DNA from: Chlorokybus atmophyticus
Taxonomy: Eukaryota > Plantae > Mesostigma and Chlorokybus algae
Assembly: GCA_009103225.1 (NCBI GenBank)
Contig: RHPI01000446.1
Location: forward strand, 1 to 64,000
Reading direction: 5' to 3'
Length of the DNA stretch: 64,000 nt
The notes under the pieces were generated by a model. That model searched no databases and was not told the DNA's origin. It was given only the letters and a program-made list of their open reading frames with translations. Position 1 is the stretch's first letter. The number at the start of each line of letters is the position of its first letter. The position numbers were made by a program, and so were the translations under genes. Shown here piece after piece: positions 28,401 to 39,736 of the stretch.

Positions 28401-29855
28401 CCTACTGTTAAGCTGAGTGCACCGTCAAGTGCCACACCTTCAGAGCTGCTCAGCAACAGGGGCTTTGATGTTGAAGTTTGTGTCACACCGCTACCACTGA
28501 GCTGCAAGGCATCAACGCCTTCTGCGCCAGCACCCACAAAAAAACTTGGCGCCTGAACCTTGACAGCACCAGTAGGGTTGGTCAAGTAGAGCGGCAGTGA
28601 CTCCGGACTTGAGACAGCAATCTCCATGACCGCGAGGGGTGCTCCATCAGAGTCTTGGTAAGAGTCGCTGCGCTGAAGCAGCATGTCTCCAACCTTCAGC
28701 CGCGTTCCCAAGAACTGTCGTGGGCCCGTGCCGTCATCCACAATGGAACCCACCTCCATGCTGTATGCAGGTAAAAGCTGCACAGTCGACTTGGAGGATG
28801 ACACCCGCAGAAATGGGCTGGACGCGTTGCTGAAAAGAATCTCGCTGCCTGTGATGCCTTGCTCAACGGACACCGAGAATGCACTGGATCCGCGAGTCAA
28901 GCCTAAATGCACACTCTCGCTGCTGGCAGGAGAAGACAGCACCAGAGAAACAGCACCAGTAGCTGTTACGTCGAGCGATGCCGCAGCGGTGGCAGCCCCG
29001 GGTGCTCTGCTATCTTGTGCTTGGAGGATTGTAGCTCCTGCACTGCCTTGAAGTTGCAGATAGTCTTCTGTAGCTACTATGTCGTACGTGTTGGTGGAGC
29101 CATCATCACTCTGGCGGTTGAAATGCAGAGTTGCGTCGCTGCCCTGGCCCCGCACTTCCAGCACGCTACTTGTGCCAGACAGCGTCAAGCGAGCATTGCC
29201 ATTCTTATCTGTTTGGATGGCGAACAGCTCACCCAGCCCAATGCTGTCATACCACTCCGTTTTTAAGGCAAGGGACTGACTTTGAGCACTAGCGTCTGTG
29301 GAAGCGGCCAAGTACAGTGAACTGGACTCCGACACTGCTGCAGTTGACAAAAAAGACCGGAAAACCAGCTCGGACGTCTGTTGAAACAGAACAACTAGTC
29401 AACACAAGTACAGACAGGAGGCACCCGTCAACCTTTGCAGAACAGCAATTCACCTCAATGCTTCCTTCCACGCTCAAGCTAGACACGTCATTCGGACGCA
29501 CAAGCAAGGCGTTGCCAACATACACGTCACCATGAATGTTAAGGTTGTATCGATCCATGGTGCCAAACGGTCCTGCACAAGAAAACAGATTGGCACGTGA
29601 AGCAGCCACAGCATTGCAGTGTGCAAAGCACGCAAGCATGCTTACCAATGTTGGTGTGCCCATGCAATGTTATGTTTTCGCCGCCGTCCACAGTGACCCA
29701 TGCTCTGTGGTATAGGCGCAACACAAGATCAAGCAAGTTCATGCTGTGATTGCGCATAGCATGTATAGCACGTCAAGGCAGCCAACGACTTACCGCGCAC
29801 TGTGAGCAAACACAGCTGCTAGCAGCAGCAGCAGCACAGGACGGGAAAAGCGCAT
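1..29855 (-). CDS. Giant secreted Gly/Ser/Ala-rich repeat protein with recurrent Cys-rich modules; spliced, at least ~9,800 aa, 3' end beyond the window
   Basis: Exons 29794-29855, 29646-29704, 29454-29572, 21958-29326 and 1-21787 join in frame. ORFs 21950-29350, 12939-22106 and 7571-12973 plus a frame from 7616 to position 1 (7616-6901 translated by hand with no stop; the rest is homologous to 7571-12973) all encode the same GG-x-V-x-I-x-(A/S/T)G repeat language. Confidence 0.85.
21788..21957 (-). other. Intron 4 of the giant gene (170 nt, phase 1)
   Basis: ACA G|GTGGGTAA ... CTTGTGTTAG|GT GGC TCC; the intron is (GT)n/(CA)n-rich. Splicing gives AGTGGSIWLKGGDG, matching paralogous repeats such as AGTGGHVILKGGAG. 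Confidence 0.9.
29327..29453 (-). other. Intron 3 of the giant gene (about 127 nt; acceptor uncertain)
   Basis: The donor GAG|GTGAAT is phase 0. The nearest phase-0 AG that enters the 2466-aa frame is GGAG|TCC at 29327. The better-looking acceptor TTTTTTGTCAACTGCAG is out of phase with this donor. Confidence 0.5.
29573..29645 (-). other. Intron 2 of the giant gene (73 nt, phase 1)
   Basis: ATT G|GTAAGC ... TTTTCTTGTGCAG|GA CCG; joins HTNI-G-PFGTMDRYNLNIHGD in frame. Confidence 0.85.
29705..29793 (-). other. Intron 1 of the giant gene (89 nt, phase 2)
   Basis: GCG CG|GTAAGT ... CTATACCACAG|A GCA TGG; splicing restores the frame HSAR-AWVTVDG. Confidence 0.8.
29794..29855 (-). CDS. Exon 1 of the giant gene, encoding an N-terminal signal peptide
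   Basis: ATG at 29855 gives MRFSRPVLLLLLAAVFAHSA(R), followed by a GTAAGT donor. It has a basic n-region, a hydrophobic h-region and A-R-A at -3/-1 after splicing. Confidence 0.8.
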
Positions 29856-29960
29856 GGTGCTGTTGCCCCTGCTGGTGAGGCACGGCTGGACAAGATGGGC
29901 GCCCTCTCATCTATTCCACCATACACAACTCTCATGCGCATGCAGCTCCTGAGCTCTAGG

Positions 29961-31700
29961 CTACAAGGCTACCCGCTGCAACATGTCGTCTGAGCTCACC
30001 CGCTCCGCCTTCCTGTGAGCCTCTACTTGTCCTTGCAGCCCACTTCTGCCCTCCTGCGGCCTCCGCCGCCGCCTGCAAGCTGCCCAGTCTCAGCGATGAT
30101 GCATGACGAACGCAAACATGCTTGCTCGTCTTTCTTACCTGTAGGGTGGTTATGGACTGAGTGCGCAGTGATCGGCGTGTGATAGACAGCGATGTCCTGC
30201 ACATACAAGCAGGGACAATCAATAACAACATGAACGTGTTGTGGTGCTATTACGCAGTATATTGCAGTTGAGCTATTCTGTGTAAGCAATGGTCATGAGC
30301 TTAGCTACCGCAAGAAGGAAAGTGCACCGTCGGGCCTCACCAAGCCCTCAACGCTACACACACATACACACAAACATGCACACGCCAACTCAGCCACAAA
30401 CAATAACAGCAGCAGCAGCAACAACAACAACAGCTACAGCTCACACCTTTGCAAGTTTGGCGACGTGCTAGAGGAGGATGGCCTACCAGCTGGCTCACCG
30501 GCTGCAGTGCATGGCAACAGGTGGTATGTTCGTATGCGTTCATAACCACTATATGGGGTATTTGAAGCATGCAATGGCAAATTGCAGGAGGCAGACCCAC
30601 ACAAACTGCTAACCACGTAAGCAATTGTAATTACAAACGCAAAACAACACAGGCTGCATCGCGTAGACCATGCAAAGTTCGTAATTCTTGACAACAGTAC
30701 TCAATAATGGAAAGATAAAGTCTATACTTGCTATATGGCAGGTTGGTATTCCAGCATGTCCTTGCAATACTGACAAGCATGCCCTGAACATGGTACATGA
30801 ACAGTCAAATACTACTACATGTACTTCCAGCACAACACTAGCACGAGATCAAGAAGCAAACCACGTTCACAAAGCGTGACAAAGACCGACATGTAAATAA
30901 TGCCATACCAGCTCCAAATGCCAACTGCCTCCGAGCCCTCCTTTCGTTGTCCTTGCGGGGCCGCCGCCACCGCCTGGAAGCTGCCCAGTCTTAGCGATGA
31001 TGATTGAATGTAATACAAGGCAATGCAAGCATGCTCAATTGGCCATTTAAGGCACGTTCCAGTTGGCAAGGCTGCAGTGCGTGGCCACCTAGTAACTTGT
31101 TATGCAGTGCAGGTGGTTTGCTATGCGTCAACAACCACACAGCAATACAGTTGAAGAATGCAACTTGCAGGTGGCAGACCCACACAGCTGCTAACCATTC
31201 TCAAACAAGCGTACTGACGACAGCAAGACAAATACACTCGCTTCGCTGTTTTCAAAGACCATGCAAAGTGCGTAGGTTTCGTTTGCAATAGCCAGAAGGA
31301 TAGTCTACGTTGCAATACGGCAGGTCGCTATTATACTATACCAGGGTGCTAAATTCAAGCGTATGCATGAAATGCTGACGAGCATGCCTTGACCATGCAG
31401 AAGTAACGTGCACAGCCAATAACAATCTCCAGTACACTAGCAAGATGAGAAGCACTGGCAAACCACATGCAGATAGAATGACGAACTACGACATGAAGAT
31501 CATGCCATACCAGCTCTAACTGCCAGAAACGCTCCTGGCTTTCCGCTCAACAGCCACAGCGGCGCCGTCCGGGCTAGCAAAGGGGTATTATCAACTACCC
31601 ATTGCGGGTATTCTATGACCTCAACGTGAACGTCCGCCTGTCTGTTGGCCTTGTCCACAACCCCCTTCACCGCCACCACCACCGCCGCTCAGCACTGCGG
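29961..31700 (-). other. Old exon/intron-like duplication; possible small multi-exon gene or pseudogene
   Basis: Two identical GAGCTG|GTATGGCAT donor contexts (31510, 30908), two homologous exon starts ACTGGGCAGCTT (30989, 30088), and diverged homologous segments ~30560-30900 and ~31150-31500. Confidence 0.25.
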
Positions 31701-32371
31701 CAGGCGGCTGCGACAAGTTACTGCCAACAACCAACCCGAATATCACGTGGGCGCGCGAAACCCTAATTTGTGTATGCACAGTGAGTCACTGTCAGTGACT
31801 GCTGCAAGTGCGACGTCCAGTTGAGCGCCGCTGGTATGCGGAATAGGCAGCGGCGTACGCTGTGACTTGACTTGTAGCCGCCCTGTCTGTGTTGTGCAAA
31901 TGAGTGTGACTGTTTGACGACCGTGTTAAAGAGTAACATTGCGGGCATTAACTGATTGCATTATATTGTCAAAGAGACATCAGCTGTTTACAAGAACCCA
32001 TCATGGTTAACCATTCAACATTGATAACGGGTAGGCTTCATTTGTAAGACACAATCAAATAATACTTGTAACTTCAATATGTTCAGCAAATGATATATTC
32101 TTTTTGTTTACGTATATAAAAACAATAAGTGCTCAACATGTCTTGCATTGTAATCGAGAGTGTCTGCAATGAAAATTGTGTGGTACAATGGTATGCTATG
32201 ACTGTTGTGACTGCTCGTTGAACTAGATATTGAAGGTTAAAAAGCACCTTCATTTCGAGAGAGGCACGTGCGGCGGCATTCTTGGCGGTGGTAGGTGGAC
32301 TGAGAGGGGAAGGCCGGGGGGTGCGTGTTTTCAGTTGGTTGGTTAGGTATGGGGTTCCGCCCTTGATCTAG

Positions 32372-32421
32372 CCCCCCACCCACCCACCCACCACCCACCC
32401 ACCCACCCCACCCCACCCCCC
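32372..32421. repeat. (CCCA)n C-rich tract with G-quadruplex potential on the minus strand
   Basis: CCCCCCACCCACCCACCCACCACCCACCCACCCACCCCACCCCACCCCCC seen directly. Confidence 0.7.
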
Positions 32422-34472
32422 TGCGCTGAGATGATTGTTTTTCGCGGGTATTTTGCTGCGATAGACGTTGACCAGGCCGATCCATGCCAGGGGGGACGGC
32501 GGAGGTGGGCGAGGCCATGGACTCTCAGCCTGTCCACACGGAGTCCCCCCCTGCAGTTTCCACCGACGCCCCCCTTGCTGGGGATGGCGTCTCTCTTCAT
32601 ACACAGGTCGCTGGCGTACCTGCAGCTAGCGGCCTGGCTTGTGCACACGACCAGCAATCTAAGGCATCCTGCTTATCGCCAGCCTACGAGCATTACCACC
32701 GCGCGAGCTGGGGCCTCCTCCGGGGGCCCCCCACCCATAGCTGAGTTCCTTTCTTTGCTTGTCACAAGCGAAACTTCAGCAACGGTTGCTGAAGTTTCTT
32801 CTAGCCTTGTTGTTTCGCCAATGCGAGGAGAGGAATCTGTTATGTATGCAGTAGTTCCTACTGCACACTATGAGGGTTGGCGCCACACTCTTAGCTCGTG
32901 CGCGCTTATCTTTTTCTTTGATTCCTCCAGCTTTGTCTTCAACTACCACTAGTGTTCCTGTTGCATGGTTGCAATCAGCATGTGTAGATGCAGCCAGCAG
33001 CGGGCTTTTGTCTCAAGTGTACCCCATCAGTTGTGGGGAGTTTTATTGTGTCTTCTCCTCCCAAGCTGGGGCGGCTCTGGTGTATCATTGTGCGCAAGAA
33101 CCTCCTCCCGCCCTGTGCGGGGAACAAGGTGACGGTCATGCGCTGGGGAGATGTGGCGTCCACCAGATTTGAATCTCATTCCTAAGCATGCGTCCGGTAC
33201 TGTTGCCCTCTGCTCGGGCGGCAGTGCAGAAGTTCGGGGTGTTGGGTCCGTCCTTGCCCAACCACCAAGCAGGCCTTCCTCCCCCGTTTGAGACATCGAA
33301 CACTAGGTACCGCATCCTCCCCGCACTTGCTGTGGTGGTGCCGAAGAAGCTCTCCATTTGGCTCCAACCGGACAGGCAATGGCACACGCACACGGTGGAC
33401 ATTGTCACTTCAGCCTCGCCCATGGTGTGTCACTTGTGCTCCCAGTCAAGACACACGCGCATGCGTTGTCCCAGGAATGTCTCCGTGCAGACACCTCCTG
33501 CAGGCCCGGGAGCATGGATGTTGACGAGCAATGGATCCGTTGCTCGTCAGCAGCATGCAAAGCCAGCACCTGACGCTCAGCTTTCGCCAGCGTTGGCAGC
33601 TGCACAGCTCCGCGGTCCCTCTCTTTCTGCCCATCAACCTCAACCTTCGGCACGCTAGGTTCTCTTATTTTCTGCAGCACCGGCGAGTGCTTCTGAGTGG
33701 CACACTGTGCCAAAAACAAGCAGAGTGTGGGGCCTTCGCACAACCAGAAGCTAGTGGACAAGGACCCTACTTACATTTCCTTGTTGTGATGGTTGTTGCC
33801 CTCGGCCCGGTCCTTGAGGAGCTCTCCCTCTGCTAAGCAGCTATGGAGTGATGTGGTGGAAGAAGAATAGCGGGAGACGGAGCAGGTTACTATGGAACTA
33901 TCTTAGTCGGCGCATATGGGTGCTGCGCCCAAGCCTTCCGAGGTGCGTTGGCTTTTATTCAGGCGCTGGAGGGGGTGGGGGTGGAGGTCGGGGACGTTCC
34001 CATTAACAATGTTTTCCTTGTGTCGGTGTTAGGGTCGCATCTCTTGGATGCCTCGCAGTTGGCGCAGGTGCTCCTAGCAGATGTTGAATAAGCGTCCGGC
34101 ATGAGAGTCTCGAAGCTGCTGGTTCCAACAGCCCCGCCAGCATCACCGCCTTCGTGGTTTCGGTAGCAAGTGCGAGAGGTGTTGGGATTGCTTACCGGGT
34201 TGGGCTTCCTACCAACACGAACACTAAAGAATTGGACGTCTCGCCATGTCCAACATACTTTCAATGCAGGGCACTTGCAAGCGCAAACGGAAACTTTACC
34301 TACTGCCAGTGTTAACTGTGACCTCCACTGCTCAATGTCAGCGAGTGAGGGCCAGCGCTGGGCGCAGCTGGCAGATTGTAAAGACTACCTGAAAGAGCGT
34401 GCAGCTGGGCGCACGGCGACGCTCAGTTTATCACTGTGGTAGGCCTTGAACAAGTGGAGTGTGCTGCGCAAA

Positions 34473-35144
34473 TGTGACGGTGCTCGTGCCTTATCACCTG
34501 TGAGTTGGTCCAATCCACAACCCTCTCACCAAGACACGGTATTCACACCGGAACCTTGCCCCCTCTGCCAAGCACACACGCGCGCCCCGCCACTCGCGTA
34601 CGCACGCGCATGCGCTCGAAGCAACACACCGACTTGTGTAGCGCCTTGGATCGTCACACAAGCAAGCACATACCGGTGGACACACGCTAGCAACCCCTGC
34701 TGGCCACCACCAAGCTTGCACACAAGAAACTAGGGAGCTAAAGGTTGTATTGCAAATTGTAGAATGTCACTTTTATACCTACCAGTCTGCACATGCTACT
34801 GTCTAGACGATTCTAGCGCTAGACGGAACTAGAAGCTAAGACATAATTGCAGAATCTTGTAGTACACTTCTAGACCTTTCCAACGCACCAAAGATCTCCT
34901 AATTTGCTGCTCATATGGTCAAGTTATACTACTTGGCGCCAGGCCCTTCCAGAAATCTGGTCGAGCCCTTCTCGACTGGCCCTCCGTTTTCTGGCACCTT
35001 CCGGACTGGTCTTGGGGCCCCGGTCGATATCCGCGGCAGACTCATAACTCGCCGATATCCGCCACAAGTCATTAAAAACATGTACCTTACAAATAAGGCC
35101 TAAAACGGCCATGAAAATCACAAAATTTGGCCTTGACTGTTACA
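34473..35144 (-). repeat. 3' LTR of chromovirus 1
   Basis: Direct repeat of 39831-40502 with ~11 substitutions by hand count; the PPT (GGGGGGGGAGGAG on minus) is adjacent at 35145-35157. Confidence 0.97.
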
Positions 35145-35193
35145 CTCCTCCCCCCCCAGGTGAGCTTCGTCCTCGAAGCTCGCGAGGTTGTCG

Positions 35194-38100
35194 TCAAGCA
35201 AGATAGGCACGCACAACGTCTTGAGCATTAGTTAAGTGTGCCTCTGGCTCCCAGGATGCTTCATGTAACGGATAGCCCTTCCATTTCACTAAGAACTTGC
35301 GTACGCCATGCACAAACTTCTCACCAAGGATGTCTTCTACCTCCCACTCTGGTTCACCGTCCGCGCCAACTTCGGGGGGCGGCCTTTCTGGCGGTTGTCC
35401 TCGATATGCTTTCAGAAGGGAGACGTGAAAAACGGGGTGCACACGCATGGTGTCGGGTAGCTCCAGCTTGTACGCCACGTCCGAGACAACTTTGCTGACC
35501 TTAAATGGTCCCAACCAGGGTTCATTCAGCTTGCGAACTCCCGTACGCACTTGTACGTGCTTCGCGGAGAGTAACACAATGTCGCCTTTCTGAAACGTGA
35601 GGTGTCGGCGATGCGCGTCCGCGTACTGCTTCTGCCGATTTTGTGCCACCAATAGCGCCTCCCTAGCTGCCTTAATGTCCGCGCACTTTGTAAGGAAGTC
35701 ATTGGTTGCCTCCACACGCACGTCATGTCGTCACGGTGTCCATGCCGTCAACGGTGTCAATGGATGTTGCCCGTAGTTCATAAGGAAGGGAGTGACACCT
35801 GTGCTTGCATTGTGGTGGTTGTTGATCGCAAACTCCACCAACTCAAGCAGCTCCGCCCAATTGTCTTGTTGCGCGTTAACGTAGCAACGCAGCATGTCCT
35901 CAATCACACGGTTGGCCCGCTCCGTTTGCCCATCAGTTTGCGGGTGGAATGCCGTGCTAAACTTTAGTGTGGTACCAAGTGCACCATGCAGCGCCTCCCA
36001 AAACTTACTTGTAAAGCGCGGGTTGCGATCACTCGCAATACTTCGTGGTAATCCATGAGAACGAAACACAGGCTTCACGAACAAGCGTGCTGCCTCCGGT
36101 GCCGTGCAAGACTCACTACACGGTGCCAAGCGTACCATTTTGCTGGTTTTGTCGACGAACACAAGTATAGCGTCGTACCCTTCTTTTGTCTTTGGTAGCC
36201 CCGTGATAAAGTCCATGGTAACTTGCTCCCACTTGGATAGTGGCACAGGGAGAGGTTGCAGCAACCCACCTGGCTTTTGGTTGCTTGCCTTTACCTTTTG
36301 GCATCGCACAACGCCACGTAGTCACGCACATCGCGATGCATCTCTCGCCAGTAAAAACGCTGCTTCAAGCTTGCCAAAGTCCTCTCCAACCCTTGGTGAC
36401 CAGCAATGGGCACGTCATGAGCTTCCTTCGGCAACTTCACACGGATATGCGCGACGTTGGGGATGTACAAGCGCCCGTGGTGCCAAAGCAGCCCGTCGCG
36501 CATTGACCAATGCCCACTTGTGTCCGTAGCTGCATTTTCCAGCTCTTGCAACACTTTCATACCCTCCGTGTCTTCACGAAGCACTTGCCGAATCTGGTCG
36601 GTCCACTCGGGCTGCACTTGAGCCAGGGCCTCAATTGCATTAAGCCGGCTCAGCTCGTCAGCAAAACCATGACGTACCGGGCTTGTACTTGATATCGAAG
36701 TCAAAAAGTTGAAAGAACTCAAGCCATCGAGCTTGTCTGCGACTTAGATGAGGTTGTGTTTGTAAGTACCTCAGTGGAGAGTGATCCGTCTCAAGCACGA
36801 ACTTTTTGCCTTCCGAAAAACAACGCCATTGTCATAGCGCCATGACTTGCGCTAAACGTTCCTTCTCGTGCACGGGGTAATTCAGCTCCGCACCACTCAT
36901 CTTCTTGCTGAAGAATGCTACTGGTTGAAGGCCGTTGCCATGGTCTTGCTGCAAAACAGCTCCTACGGCTGTGTCGGACGCGTCGCAAGCCAAAATAAAT
37001 CTTCTCTTCCATGTTGGGGTGAACCAGGACTGGTGCCTCCGTCAGCGCCTTTTTCAACGCAGCAAATGCATGTTTCTCTAAGGCTGACCAGCTCCAAGGC
37101 TTTCCCTTCTTGAGTAGGGCAGTCAAGGGAGCAGCTATGCGCGAAAACCCCATGATGAACTTGTGATAATACCCCGCAAGGCCTAAAAAGGACATCACCT
37201 CCTTTACGTTGATAGGGGAAGCCCACTCGCGCACCACCTGCACTTTGTTGGGGTCCGGCTTGATGCCTTCATGCGACACGATGTGGCCTAGGTACTCCAC
37301 CTCTCGAAGCAAGAATTTGCACTTTTGTAGCTGGGCGTACAACTTGTGTTCGCGCAAACGCTGCAACACGCGCCGTAAAAGTGCCACGTGCTCCTCCTTT
37401 GTTGTCGCGTACACCAANTATGTCGTCGAGGTACACGAGGATTCCCTTACCAATTAAGTCAGCAAAAACACTGTTCATAAGCGTTTGAAATGTTGCCGGT
37501 GCGTTCGTAAGTCCGAAGGACATGACCAACCACTCGTAGTGCCCATAACGTGTGTTAAAAGTTGTTTTCTCCACATCCTCGGGCGCGATGCGGATTTGGT
37601 GATAACCTCCAGCAAGATCAAGTGTGAAGTACTGCGCACCTTGCAATTGCTCCAGCAACTCGTCGATACATGGGAGTGGAAAGCAATTCCTCTTCGTGAT
37701 GTTGTTGAGAGCTCGGTAGTCAACGCACATGCGCAAGCTCCCGTTCTTCTTTCGTACAAACAAAATAGGTGCACCATAGGGGGACTTACTAGGCCTGATG
37801 TAGCCTCTTTTCAGCAAGTCTGCCACCTGCCTCTCGGCCTCTTCTAGCTCCAAAGGTGACAACTTGTGTACGGGTCGATACGGTGGCTTGTGCACGCCCT
37901 CAATCAGCTCCACACGGTAGTCCACGCTCCGTGGAGGTGGTAAATCAAATGGAAGTCCGTCCACCATGATATCTTGGTATTCTTTAACAAGTTTACACAC
38001 CTCGGGGTCCATCGTAGCCGTCTTAACATCGTCACTCACCTCTGGTGCTGACTTTGCAGTGCTTTCGCGCACCACGCACAACCATGCAGCCTTTGCCTTC

Positions 38101-38700
38101 CGTGGAGACAATAACTTCCTCAATTGCACATAACAGATCTGGGCAATTGTCGTACCACCTGATTGTGCGTGCCGCGCCTCGATGACGTCCGACGCAGCTT
38201 GAATGGATTCTCCACCACTTCGTTCGATGGTGAGCGCGCGCTTCCTGCAATTGATGGATTATGTTGCCATAGCCACGGTAGTTTCAATATCCCGTCAAAC
38301 CCGTTCCGTAGGGTGATGCAGCAAAATCGCATGTTCTCCTTCATCTTCCCAATGCGAACGCACAACTCTTTGGTCATAAACGCAGCGCCATCACCTCCAG
38401 AGGGTGGCTCATTATCAGCGAGCTTCACTTCACCTCCTCGTAATGACGAAAGCCAACCGTAACGCCGCGCGATATCAATACTCATGAAGTTGCTGTTGGC
38501 ACCGCTATCAATCATGAGCTTACACTCTCTCCATCGTCCTTGGTCATCGCAAATGTGTGCTCGAAGCCCAAAGTACTTTGTTGTCTCCTCGTTTGCATAA
38601 CTCACCACCATTGGCGCGCTGAAAGCCATCTCCTCTTGCTTCTTTAATGGAAAAGTCACAGCATCCGTCCGTGCATGAGGCTCCTTCCTATCCCCAGCAG
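35194..38700 (-). pseudogene. pol: pol of chromovirus 1, fragmented by several frameshifts
   Basis: Protease LMIDSGAN; RT SPYGAPILFV, MCVDYRALN, FGLTNAPATFQ, YLDD; integrase HDVPIAGH, MDFITGLP, STAFHPQTDGQTERANR; chromodomain EWEVEDIL...[18 protein letters not shown]. Confidence 0.93.
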
Positions 38701-38709
38701 TAGCCTCAC

Positions 38710-39736
38710 CTACTGGGGGAAGTCATTTTCCTGCTCTACGCCATTTTGCTCCATGGTGTTGACGCGACGATCACGGCGAGGGTTGCCATCCGGTGTTGGC
38801 CTTTGCGTGCTTCGTTTGGGGCATCCGTACGCCAAATGCTCCGTCGACCCACACGCATAACACTTGCGCACACCTTTACCTCTTTCACCACGTCCGCCGT
38901 ACTTCGCCTTACTTCCATGCGTGTGTATGGCACCCACCTCCATTGGTGCAAGCCCAGAGTCAGCTCCACCTCCATTAGCAAGTGCTAAACTTGGTTCTCC
39001 TCGTCTCCATGCATGTTGAAAGCCTCCCCGGGGCTGATCACCATGCCTTTGCCTCCAGTCAGTGTTTCTTGTGGTGGACTTGAAGTACAACGCGTCGAGA
39101 CGCTCCGCGATGCGTATAGCCTCCGAGTGTCTTCGGATCCCGTAGCTCCACTTCTTTACGCCCTAAAGGTTTTAACCCACGTGTATACCTGTCCAGCTGC
39201 TCCTCCTCGGTCATATTGCGTATGGACATCACCAATCGCTGAAACGCGGCCGTGTACGCCATCACCGACCCCATTTGCACAAGGGCTGCAAGTTTGTCGC
39301 GTGCGGCCTTTACGCTCTCAACGGGAACAAATTGATGCCTGACCTCCAGTGCCAACTCTTCTATGGTGGTCAATGGTAGCGCCAACCCGTTTGCAACACG
39401 CGTACATCGATGCCTCCACCACACAAGTGCTGCACCTTCAAGCAATGTCGCTGCAACCTCCACGTGCAGATGCGTGGGCACCTCCGTGAGCTTCAACCAA
39501 GACGATACTTGAAAAATCCATTCATCCACTGCATCTCCATCACGTTGACCCCTGAATGGCTTGGGCTTTGGCACCTTCACATGCACGCGCAAGCTTGATG
39601 CCATGGGAATTTGTATATGCGCCATCGCATGCTCATACGCCTCGCGTTGTGCTTGTGCCGCCGCTTGCGTGTGATGAAGCTCTTCTCTTAATGCTAAGAT
39701 GGCAGCTTGAAGCTCTTCCATGCGAGCATCCTCCAT
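38710..39736 (-). pseudogene. gag: gag of chromovirus 1 (one frameshift near 39075)
   Basis: PKPKPFRG, YTAAFQRL and QLDRYTRGLK retrotransposon-gag motifs; CCHC knuckle CYACGSTEHLAYGC. Confidence 0.9.

Noticed and set aside
5-28900. Dozens of Pro/Ala/Thr-rich plus-strand ORFs and short off-frame minus-strand ORFs
   Set aside because: They are antisense or alternate-frame shadows of the Gly/Ser/Ala-rich giant ORF and repeat with it; they have no independent coding signal.
1-29350. Bacterial autotransporter or RTX-type adhesin operon
   Set aside because: Phase-compatible spliceosomal introns and the surrounding retroelements show a eukaryotic locus; I saw no beta-barrel or GGxGxDxL repeats.
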